Positions 52,910 to 64,000 of a stretch of DNA of 64,000 nucleotides are shown one piece after another. The position numbers and the translations under genes are program-made. The notes under the pieces were generated by a model, which saw only the letters and a program-made list of their open reading frames with translations, ran no database searches and was not told where the DNA came from. Source of the DNA: Octopus vulgaris. Lineage: Eukaryota. Numbering within the stretch: the first letter of the stretch is position 1; each line of letters opens with the position of its first letter. The stretch spans positions 102,548,001-102,612,000 of the forward strand of contig OX597816.1 in assembly GCA_951406725.2 (NCBI GenBank), given 5' to 3'.

Positions 52910-53083
52910 CAGCAGCAGCAGTAGCAGCAGTCTTTTTAGTAGCACAATTAGTAGTAGTGGAGATGATGGTGATGTTGGTGGTGATAATGATTAATGGCTG
53001 TTGTAGATGGAGGTGTATAAGTCACACATACCATTCATCCCTCCTACACTTAGAATCGTATGCTCTAATTCCGATTCCGAACA

Positions 53084-53143
<60 letters not shown>

Positions 53144-53222
53144 TATAATTTGCGGACCTAATCACCACATTAGCATACATACATGTAGACACAAAGTCAC
53201 CCCCTTTCTTTCTCTCTCTCTC

Positions 53223-53412
<190 letters not shown>

Positions 53413-53941
53413 TATATGTATATACATGTATAGATATTTATACATACAAGCGCGCGTGCACGCACACACACACACACACACACACGTGACGAAGTGCCTG
53501 AGTGAGAATGACGGTAGACAGAATTGATGGTAAGATAGCGGTGGCTGTGGTTGTGGTGGTGGTGGTGGTGGTGGTGGTCTAGACGAAAGAGAAACCTCAT
53601 TCATCTATTTATATTTGCGAATTAATTTATCTATTCCCCACCGTCCGCCTCAATTATTTCTACTACCACCTTACCACCACCACCACCACCACAATACATC
53701 GACTCTCAACACTTCTCCATTGATGTACAAATCTACAGTGACACACACATACACACACAGCTATACACATAATCCAAAAAAAGGGAAAAAAAAACACATG
53801 AAAAAAACAACCATGCAAGGACATGATACATGCAAAGTATTAGTAAGATGCTCAGAGAGGGAAAGAAAGAGTGTTTTACATTTCGAGCATACCTCTTCTT
53901 CGTATATTTATATATACTGTATAAAATATCTGTACATATCA

Positions 53942-54162
53942 TATAAGGAGACGTTGAAAATTTTCTGTTCTGGGTAAAAGAAAATACAGGAGGATCGGTT
54001 AATTGTGATTTTATTCAACATATGTCCCTCTCAGATTCACACACTTATTGCAGCGGTTCTTCAGTTTTACTAAACCTTGTAAAAGAATTCTGAAGACTGG
54101 GCCTCCAACCAAGCCTTTCGCGACCCCCTTAAAGACAAGAACTTTTCAGCATCCCCCCCGTA
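53942..54162. mobile_element. Mariner-derived MITE
   Basis: Inverted homolog of 19886-20103 (CTCAGATTCACACACTTATTGCAGC; ACTTTTCAGCATCCCCCCGTA). Confidence 0.65.
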
Positions 54163-54219
54163 TGTGTGTGTGTATGTGTCTGTGTGTGTATGTGTGTTTC
54201 TACGAATGTATACCTTTCA

Positions 54220-54545
54220 TCTTTTGCTTGTTTCACTCAATGGACTGTAGTCATGCTGGTGGAATCGCCTTGGAGGTACTTATTCTATCGGGCTCTTATA
54301 CCGAACCGCTAAATTACAGGGATGTGAAAGAAGCCAACGTCAGTTGTCAAGCGATGGTGAGGCATACACACACACACATGGGGTGGGGGGCTTCCAAACA
54401 GTTTCCGTCTACCAAATTCACTCACAAGTTATTAGTTAACCTGGGTGTGCTACAGTAGAAGATACCTGCCCAAGGCGCCGCGGAGTGGGACTGAACCAGA
54501 AACCATACGGATGGGAAGCAAACATTTTAGCACACAACCTAAGTA
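54220..54545 (-). mobile_element. SINE family B (divergent)
   Basis: GTTTCCGTCTACCAAATTCACTCACAAG..GCCCAAGGCGCCGCGGAGTGGGACTGAACC. Confidence 0.8.
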
Positions 54546-54597
54546 CACATATGTATATACATATATACATACGTACATGCATACATACACACGTACA

Positions 54598-54628
<31 letters not shown>

Positions 54629-55436
54629 GTATACACACACACACACACATGCTATACGCGCGCGCGCGTGCATATGTGTGTGTATATTTGTGTGTGTGTG
54701 TGTAATTAGTGAGAATGAAAGCATGAATGAACGAATTAAAGGAAGAAAAAAAAAGCGACAAGAAATGTAGTCACGTGTATGTGTATGTGTGTGTGTGCTT
54801 ATGCGCGTGTGTGTGCGTGTGAGTGTTTGTGTGAATGTGTGTTAAGGAGTGTTTGCGTACCCTGACGAACACACATTTCTACATTTTGCTGATAGTGTTC
54901 TCGTCCAAACTAGTGCTGCCGTCATTGGTATTATACTGTTGTTGCAGTTGTTGTTGTATAGGCTACTGTACTCGCCACCACCGTCACCGCCTCCACCGTC
55001 CTCACCACCACCACCGCCGCCGCCATCGCCACCTCATACTCTATGTCTGTTTATATGACATACTTCAAGTTCTGGCGTCTCATCAACCAATTTTGCCGTT
55101 AGTTGGTGCAATTTCTCTCCCTCCGTCTCTCTCTCTCTCTTTCGCTTATGCATACTCTCTCTTCCTCCTTTTTCTTCGTCTTCTAATGGAAACACACGCA
55201 TACACACATCAAATATATATATATACACACATGTATATTTAATATATGTAGGTATGTGTATATATGTATGTGAAAAGGCATAAGTATGTGTATATACTAT
55301 ATCCATTTTATTACACACATACACATACACATGCACACATGTTCATAAATATAAGTACACGCTCACATACACACAAACAGTATATTAATTTACACTAGCC
55401 AGTTACATTTAATAGTTATAATATTTCTCACAACTT

Positions 55437-55750
55437 AAGGTGGCGAGCTGGAAGAATCGTTAGCAGGCTGGGTAAAATACTTAGCGGCATTTCATCCGCC
55501 TTTTACGTTCTGAGTTCAAATTCCGCCGAAGTTTGACTTTGCCTTTCATTCTTTCGAGATCGATGAAAGAAGTACCAGTTGAGTAGCGGAGTCGATATAA
55601 TTGACTTACCCCCTGTTTCGAACTTGCTGGCTTTCTGCTACTTAGTTAAGTTAAGTTAATTTTTTGGTTAAAAAAGCAAAAAGCAAGGCCATGTAGGGGG
55701 ACATGGAGTTATGTACAGGGGTGTTCATGCTAAAATTTGAAATCAATACT
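55437..55750 (+). mobile_element. SINE family A interrupted by an ~87-bp retro-tail insertion
   Basis: Head AGGTGGCGAGCTGGAAGAATCGTTAGC, B box GAGTTCAAATTCC; the 3' end resumes at 55728 after the insert. Confidence 0.85.
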
Positions 55751-55989
55751 ACCAGCAAAAGCAGCCGCTATAGCATAGCGAGAACAGCAACTGCATCAGC
55801 CGTAGTATAACAGTAGTATAACAGTAGTAGTTTTCCGTTTTTAAGGGTTGACCACTGTAGGGGAACAGCCAGCAATATGTTCTATATTGAATAATGCATT
55901 TGAGTGGTTGGGGGAAATTGATGGTTGTGGAGGGCCTATAGATGGCGCTGTGTTGGAAAATAACGCAGATGACTGCAATTGTTTCACAT

Positions 55990-56398
55990 AGGCGCAGGAG
56001 TGGCTGTATGGTAAGTAGCTTGCTTACCAACCACATGGTTCCGGGTTCAGTCTCACTGCATGGCACCTTGGGCAAGTGTCTTCTACTATGGCCTCGGGCC
56101 GACTAAAGCCTTGTGAGTGGATTTGGTAGATGGAAACTGAAAGAAGCCCGTCGTATATATGTATGTATATATATGTATGTGTGTGTGTTTGTGTGTCTGT
56201 GTTTGTCCCCCTAGCATTGTTTGACAACCGATGCTGGTGTGTTTATGTCCCCGTTACTTAGCGGTTCGGCAAAAAGAGACCGATAGAATAAGTACTAGGC
56301 TTACAAAGAATAAGTGCTGGGGTCTATTTGCTCGACTAAAAGGCAGTGCTCCAGCATGGCCGCAGTCAAATGAGTGAAACAAGTAAAAAGTAAAAGAG
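55990..56398 (+). mobile_element. SINE family B, full-length, near-consensus
   Basis: AGGCGCAGGAGTGGCTGTATGGTAAG (A box), GGTTCAGTCTC (B box), CACCTTGGGCAAGTGTCTT (CORE-like), internal (TA/TG)n, tail CATGGCCGCAGTCAAATGAGTGAAAC(AAGTAAA)n. Confidence 0.92.
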
Positions 56399-58130
56399 TA
56401 TAGGTGGGTAATAAGATTGTTGTTGTTCAGCTTTACTTCATTCCAAATCTAGATGCCTCGATTAAAGACCTTCCAGTAATGATCTTACCATTTTTACTTA
56501 TTTTGTCTTGCATAAATAGTTCATCTAGGACCGACTTATTCAATGTTATGTCCTAATAATTATAGCAGTAGATTCTAATTTGATGGAAATTTTGTTATTC
56601 GATGTTGTAGGTCAGACTTGTGATTTCAGATGAAAAGGTGGATGTTATAAATTTGTCTCAAGTACTGAGGATGTGTAAATATTTGTATTTAATCAGCAGT
56701 CTAAATATTATAGTCCTCCTGATGAACTTCTAGTTGTGTTTTTGTGCAGCTTCGAAGACCGGTACACAATTAGTCCTAAATTCGACCTGTATACTTGTAG
56801 ATCTTTTTAACAAGGAACTTTCAGATACTTGTGTATATGAATTGCGGATCGAAGCTGGAGATATGCGAAGAGTGTTGCAGAGCTGCACACATAATTGGTA
56901 TTATGTACGTTCAACCATCGGTCCTGCTCTAATATCGTTGGCGAAGACAAATAGCTTTCAAATGGCACAATCCACCGACCTATAAATAATTACCGCGGAT
57001 AGTTTACAGCTAACTGATATAAGCAGTAGGAGCGTCCATATAATTTATGAATGTTTGCTTAATTTTAAGTGCTGACTTTGCTTAAATACACTATTTTTAG
57101 ATGTTAACAGCAGTGTGAAAGCAGACACATTATACACAAAGGACAGACTACAAACAAAAGCAGCCTTGTTAAATCTATGGGGAAACACACGGGAAATCGA
57201 GCCAACTAGGGAGCTTCCACGCAAACGTTCAACTAACTATATGGCGCAGTCCAAGAAGGAAGGACAATTTCCATGACCAGAATTCCAAAACTTGTAGCGA
57301 GGAAAAGGAAAATGCGATAATTAAACTTTACTAAAGTTCATATTGTGGGATGGATTAAAGCTATCACACTTTAGCAGTATAGACACAAGGTGCTTACGCA
57401 CAATTTCATTCACAAGACTTTGTCGACCCGAGGCTATGATGGTATACATTTACCCACGGTACCGCATTGAAAGGAACGGGCTGAGTACCACATGATAGCA
57501 AAGCAAAATTTTAGCCATGAGATCACACCCTGCGCCCACGTTTTAAACATAAGGGTTAAATTATAAACAACAAATATATAATATAATGATACTCGACCTC
57601 TCGTCGAGGTAAATAATCTTGTCACAAGATGGTTGTGAGCCTATAGCCTATTTTCACTCTATTGCAGCCCTGGTTCCAAGGTTATGCTGGTTTTATAGCA
57701 AAACAACAAATAAAACAAATTTTATGATGACAGCTTAAACTCTGTGACAACTCAGACTCGGTGGCAACAAATGCTAAATGGCATCACCATCTCCATGGTA
57801 ACATAGACACAGTGACAAGACTTATCTTAGCCCTCACCTTGCACTTAGTCATCTCATTCCATCCACCCACACACTGACATAGAAACATATTCACAGTTTT
57901 TTTACGCGCACACACACGAACACACACACACACACACACATACGCACATGCTTGCAACACATCACATAACCAACACTGACTGACACACACATAAAGAGAG
58001 AACTTTATAGACACCCTACAGTGAACAGCATGTTGGGATATCTCCCGCCTTTTCAACATCCTGTAATTAAAGCCGTCTCGCTTTCTGGTTTTCATTTATG
58101 TGCGCATGTATGAGAATGTAGAAATCCATG

Positions 58131-58182
<52 letters not shown>

Positions 58183-58319
58183 TATGTATATGCGTAGACA
58201 TGAGTATTAATCCATATTTCTTTACTTGTATATGACTCCATAGAAATAATTGTATCTGTATGAATTGATATAACTATGTGTGTACTTATTTGCATATACT
58301 TATTTGTTTGTGCGTCTGT

Positions 58320-58389
<70 letters not shown>

Positions 58390-59184
58390 CTCTCTATCTC
58401 TCTCTATCAATCTCTCTCTCTCTATCCATACACATACACATATAGCTATATAGTATGTATGTGTGTATGTATGTATGTATGTATGTATGTATGTATATGC
58501 ATGCGTATTTTATGCATTTGTGTTTGCATGTAAGTATGTGTGTTTATATATATATATATACACATTCATAGAAACGCATGTGTTCATATAGTGATAAATA
58601 GACATTTGTTCACAACCAAACACGCACAACCACATACGCACACATACACAAACTCATATATGTATAAAAATATTTTTATTCTCAACAAAAAAACATATGT
58701 ATGAATATATCTACATGTGAGAGAGAAAGAAAGAGGGGGAAAGGGAGTGTGGGGGAGAGAATAAATTAGAAAGAGAGAGAAGTAAGGAGAAGGGGAGGAG
58801 AGACAAAGATATGAAAGCAAAATATTTTAAGTACGAAGCATAATTTCTTTAGCATAAGCTTATTTCTCTTTGAATGTTTCAAGTGTCACGTGAGTAACGT
58901 ATGTCAACATTGGGAGACACATGTCAGTGAGGTGGCTCTAGTTACCCTTTCTCCCCTCCTCCTCTTCCTCCTCACTTTTTTCTCCAACATACACACAAGA
59001 ATTATTAAATGTTATTGTAAGGTAGAAGTTTAATATTTGTTAAAATTAAATAATTTAGTTCTAGCTGTGGCATTTTAAATGAACACACTACAACTCTTTT
59101 GTATACAAACGCTTTTGTATACAAACACAAACAGACGCGGGTGCGCGCTTATACAGTCCCCATCCCAAATACTGACACACATAG

Positions 59185-59302
<118 letters not shown>

Positions 59303-59523
59303 CGGTCCGCTTTCAATCCCGTTTCGTGACTTCTTGGGGGTAAATGCCGATGTCTATAGCTTCATGCAGACTCACCTTGTGAGTGAAATTGGGTAAACGG
59401 AAACTGTACAGAAGCCCGTTGGGTGATTATTCTTGTAATTACAAAAAATAGAAAAAAGGGAAGAAAAATAGAAAACGTACAGCGTTGACATAACATGTGT
59501 CACACTGATATTTCTAGCAACCA

Positions 59524-59715
59524 AGGTAGCGAGCTGGCGGAGTTGTTAACATGGCGTAGCGGTATTTCGTCCATTTTTACGCTCTGAGTTTAAATTCCGC
59601 CGACTTTGCCTTTGATCCTTTCGGAGTCGATAAAATAAGTAGCAGTTGAGCACTGGAGTCGATTTAATCGATTACCTCTCTCCCGAAATTGCTGGCCTTG
59701 TGTCAAAATTTGAAT
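59524..59715 (+). mobile_element. SINE family A
   Basis: AGGTAGCGAGCTGGCGGAG..GAGTTTAAATTCCGCC..GTCGATAAAATAAGTA..GCTGGCCTTGTGTCAAAATTTGAA. Confidence 0.85.
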
Positions 59716-59753
59716 CGGTATGCATATATACATGAGCGTGTAAATATATATAT

Positions 59754-60973
59754 ATGGTCATCCCATAAACAATGCGGGTTTTTTCAATTGCATGAACTAA
59801 AAGTCAGAAGGGCACGGGATAAACTACCTGCATCAACTTATTCTTAGTGCAAGATTAGAAGAATAGTTCGATTTTAGCAGTTATTCTTTCAAAGTTATAA
59901 TGGAAGTAACAAAGGAGCTTATTCGGCAGATTTTGCTTTATTAGTTCAATAAAGGCAACAACGCAACGGAAAGTGCGAAGAATATTAATGCAGTATATGG
60001 GGATTGGACAATAAGTATAAGCCAGTGTCAACGGTGGTTCAGAAATTCCGAGCCATAAACTACAGCCTAGAAGACAAGCCTCGTTCTGGAAGATCTGTAG
60101 AGCTCGACGAGGACGTCCTGAAAACCCTGGTGGATCAAAATCCCATCGTAACTGTTGAGGAACTAGCAGAGAAGCTTGGATTTGGTCATTCAACCATTCA
60201 TCGACACCTGCGTGCCATTGGAAAAGTCAGCAAAATGGGTCAATGGCTTCTTCACAAACTTTCTGAGTCTGATCGCGCGCAGAGATTGAATGTGTGCTCT
60301 TTTTTGCTGTCACGTGTTCACGAATGAATATTTTTTGGACCAAATAGTGACTGGTGACGAGTAATGGGTTCTCTAAAAAAAATGTCACGCGCCGAAGACA
60401 GTGGGTAGGGAAAGGAGAAACACCAGCATCTCACGCTAAAGAAGGTCATCACCCACGTAAGGTGTTGTTATCTGTTTGGTGGGATATGAAAGGTTTAGTC
60501 CACTTTGAGCTTTTAAACCCAAACCAAATGATAACAAAGGAGATCTACTGCGATAGCTTGGGCGGCTTAAGTGAGCGCGAGAAGAAAAACGACCATCTTT
60601 AGTTTCAAGACGAAAGGTGTTCTTCCATCAGGATATTGCTCAGCCACATACAGCAAGGATGACATTCCAAAGGCTGGAGCAGTTTGAATGGGAAACGATG
60701 CCCCACCCACTATATTTGCTAGACATTGCCCCATCTGATTATCATTTATTCCGCAGTCTTCAAAATCATTTGGACGGAAAAAATATAAATTCTGTACTGT
60801 ACAGGAGTAATTTTCATCACGGATAAGTGAATTTTGGAAGAGGGGCTTTGCAAGTCTGCCAGAAAGCTGGAAGAGCATTGTAGAAAATGAAGAAGAGTAT
60901 ATTTTAGATTTAAAAAGAAATTTTGAAAAGTAAAAGAAGTATAAAAACCCGCATTATTTATGGGATGACCCAA
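59754..60973 (+). mobile_element. Near full-length inactive mariner (DD34D) transposon; transposase pseudogene ~59900-60912
   Basis: TIRs GGTCATCCCATAAACAATGCGGGTTTTT / AAAAACCCGCATTATTTATGGGATGACC in TA context; motifs LEDKPRSGRS, QWLLHKL (WVPHEL), IVTGDE, LSVWWD, HQDIAQPH, YLLDIAPSDYHLF; multiple frameshifts and stops. Confidence 0.95.
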
Positions 60974-61004
60974 TATATATATACACACACATACATATAT
61001 TTTT

Positions 61005-61240
61005 TATTTATTTCAGTTATTAGACTGCGGACGTGCTGGGGCACCACCTTGAAGGGGTTAGTCGAGCAAATCGACCCTAATACTTATTTACTAGCAATTT
61101 ATTTCAATACGCCAGGAAGGATGAAAGTAAAAACCTGACCGTGGAAATAGTTGACCTAATAACGTACATAACTGTAACTAAATATTGGCAAGACAGCAAG
61201 TAATTTGTCTGATACTCTAACGACTCTGCCAATTTACCGT
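61005..61240 (-). mobile_element. Adjacent decayed SINE B 3' end and SINE A fragment
   Basis: TTTCAGTTATTAGACTGCGG..GAGCAAATCGACCC then GGAAGGATGAAAG..CTAACGACTCTGCCAA. Confidence 0.6.
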
Positions 61241-61490
61241 CAGTAAATTGTTAGGTGATTCGTAGACTTAAATAGGTGCATCGTAATATATACCATAAAT
61301 AATTAAATAAATGTTATGCGACTTACTTTGCTGTTTACTATTTTGAAGTGTCAAGAATCGCCAGATCTCAATTCGGAATATTCAAATGCCATCTTTCTGA
61401 AATAAATAAATAGATAAGTAAACAAACTGATGTTTGTGCATGCATGTGTGTGTTTGTTGTGTATCTATCTACACACACACACACAAACAC

Positions 61491-61563
<73 letters not shown>

Positions 61564-61611
61564 TGTGTGTATGTGCATGTGTGTATGTATATATATGTAT
61601 ATATATGTATG

Positions 61612-61643
<32 letters not shown>

Positions 61644-61729
61644 AACAAAGAAGAACAAACATGAAAAAACAACAACGCGAGGACGTGGTACAAGTAAAGT
61701 ATTATCAGACGCCCAGGAAAGGAAAGAGG

Positions 61730-61810
<81 letters not shown>

Positions 61811-62224
61811 TGTGTGTGCGTGTGTGTGTATGTGTGTGTGTGTGCGCGTGTGTGTGTGTATATTACGTTTATCAATGTAGTAAGTGGCGCAAGAACACAC
61901 ACGGAAATGAAAAGTGTCGCTGAAGAGGTCACAGACGTGTGACGAAAGATTTCCGGACAATAGACATACAATAAATAAATAAAATGACCATCCCGAAATA
62001 CAACAATATATGTGTGCGTGTGTGTGTCTCTCTCTGTGTACATTATGTACATACATGTACGCATACGTACAAAAATTGCGTGCACATACACACGAGCGTG
62101 CGCAAATAGAATTACACATCATTCTACTTCGCTGTATCAACTACAGTTGAGCCAAAGTGGGGTGAGTAGCCAATTCTCTCAAATTATGAAATTTCTTCTT
62201 AAAAAAGAAGAAACAATTTGGGTA

Positions 62225-62600
62225 AAAATAAACTCTTTTGGTTTGAGGACGCTTCGGTTAACTTTGGTCGGATTTCATATCCAACCAGAAACTGGGATGT
62301 GTCTTGTCACTTGTATGACTCGAGAGCGCCTATTCAGGCTGCCTGGCCATTTTGCTCGACTTTCCGAATTAGACCCTGCTTACCGTCTTCTCTTTCTTCA
62401 TGATCCGGCTGGGTTGACGGCCCGTGTTGGTCGACCACATGCCACATGATCACGGCTGATGAGGAGATATCTCGGGGACATTGGAACTAACTGAGACTAT
62501 CCTCGACTGGTCAGCCAGGAGAACTTGAGAATATACCAACAAATGATGAATACAGCAACATGCTGCAACGGCGCATGCCCCTACACTTGGCCTGACCTCA
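62225..62600 (+). mobile_element. Decayed RTE-clade LINE 3' end
   Basis: RERLFRLPGHFARL..DPAYRLLF..GRPHAT resembles the RTE C-terminal RRLRWFGHVxR..GRPxxTW motif; ends ..GCATGCCCC..CCTGACCT. Confidence 0.7.
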
Positions 62601-63101
62601 GTTTGGATAGTCTTAGATATTCAATGTATGAATGAATAAATAAATAGATAAATAAATAAAAAGATGTATGTCTGGTACATCCTTATTCAAGAGGATGTTC
62701 ATCTGCTACTGAACTATGGTTAAACAACAAACTATTTTTTAATGAAATATTTTTGAAATTATTTTGGGTAAATCAACCACCACTCGTCTTCTTGGATTTT
62801 TTAAAAATAGAACTTTCTGAAAGTTTTAAAGTTCTCTCAAGTTCAGCAGCTCAATAGCAGGAGAGATGAGCAGAACCAGTAATGGAGTAACAAACGAGAT
62901 AGACAGTCAGTCGAGCAGACAGTGCAATATAGAGAAGGATGAAAGAAAGAAAAAAGAGATAGCGCTACAAAAAGAGAATGATAGAGTAGTACTAAAGAGA
63001 GGAGTTATGAGAAACATAATATGCTAAAATAACATAAGTGTAGAAAGCCAGTGAGTCATAGATGGAATGATAGAGATATAAAGAAAGTGTGTGAATGTGG
63101 T

Positions 63102-63173
<72 letters not shown>

Positions 63174-63925
63174 GCTTGCTAATAAAAGCAAAGTTCTTAG
63201 GGCACACGTTAGGACAGGCGACAAGAAAATATAGCAAGGTTTGAACCAGCATTGGAGAGTAATATAAACATCGCGTCACTTTTGATGGGAACAATATCTC
63301 CCAGAAGCTCAGCTAACATCTTATAAACATGCAATCAGGTTTTCGGTTTCCTGGCAAGTGATGGTTTATGAGCTGCCGTACCTCTTAAAATGAACTGGAA
63401 ATATCTCAGAAATATCTGACGAAACTACTTCCGAGAGGTATTAGTGTTTTCTTGCATATGTTAACTATGTATATTGATATATATACTTCATATATAATAA
63501 CACTTTGAGCAATAGTGATCGGGTACAGAAACAAACTAGCGGTCGTTTGGATACTAAACTTTACATCCTGTGCTTGGTCCAGTGATCATCAACGCAAGAT
63601 ATCGACATAAAATTGTAACTTATGCCTGATGAACCACGGTAAGACAGACATTCTTCATAAAACAGAGTTTCTACTAGAAATATAATATTTAAGTGATAGA
63701 CACTGACTTCATAGTTGAGTGAATAGGAATTCAAATCTAAAAATTTTCAGATTACTTTTACTGCAAAATAATGGAGTTGCAGAGAAGTGATGCCTATAAA
63801 GCTGCTTACAAGTTAGTATTACTTCTGACGGTTTTTCGGCTAGATGTTTCAATTACCGAGTGTGCATACAATGTTGGACAGTGGTACTGGAAGCGATGAA
63901 TTTCAGAAGGTAAAATGCGTGAAAA

Positions 63926-64000
<75 letters not shown>

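Noticed and set aside
56630-57020. Possible CR1-like RT remnant on the minus strand (LFVFANDIR)
   Set aside because: Only one weak motif; too decayed to call.

Overview
AT-rich, microsatellite-saturated eukaryotic DNA. The SINE/LINE/DNA-transposon repertoire looks like a coleoid cephalopod, probably Octopus (inferred from repeat families, not proven). I find no intact host protein-coding gene. Almost all listed ORFs are translations of simple repeats, and the few with real protein motifs are decayed transposon pieces: R4/Dong-type and Tx1/L1-type, CR1-like and RTE LINEs, and Tc1/mariner transposases. The one clear host gene is a mir-219 precursor on the minus strand (28358-28415), apparently inside a spliced non-coding host transcript, and its hairpin folds about equally well on the plus strand. 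The most interesting further signals are RNA structures carried by repeats: (i) a dispersed ~200-bp element whose 5' head folds like an HDV-type ribozyme, (ii) Penelope-type minimal hammerhead motifs with a shared non-canonical core, (iii) a covarying 3' stem-loop shared by several LINE families and a SINE, (iv) a ~540-bp non-coding element that lands in (TAA)n tracts beside R4/Dong elements, and (v) long inverted repeats that could form dsRNA. All coordinates were read by eye, and repeat boundaries are approximate.
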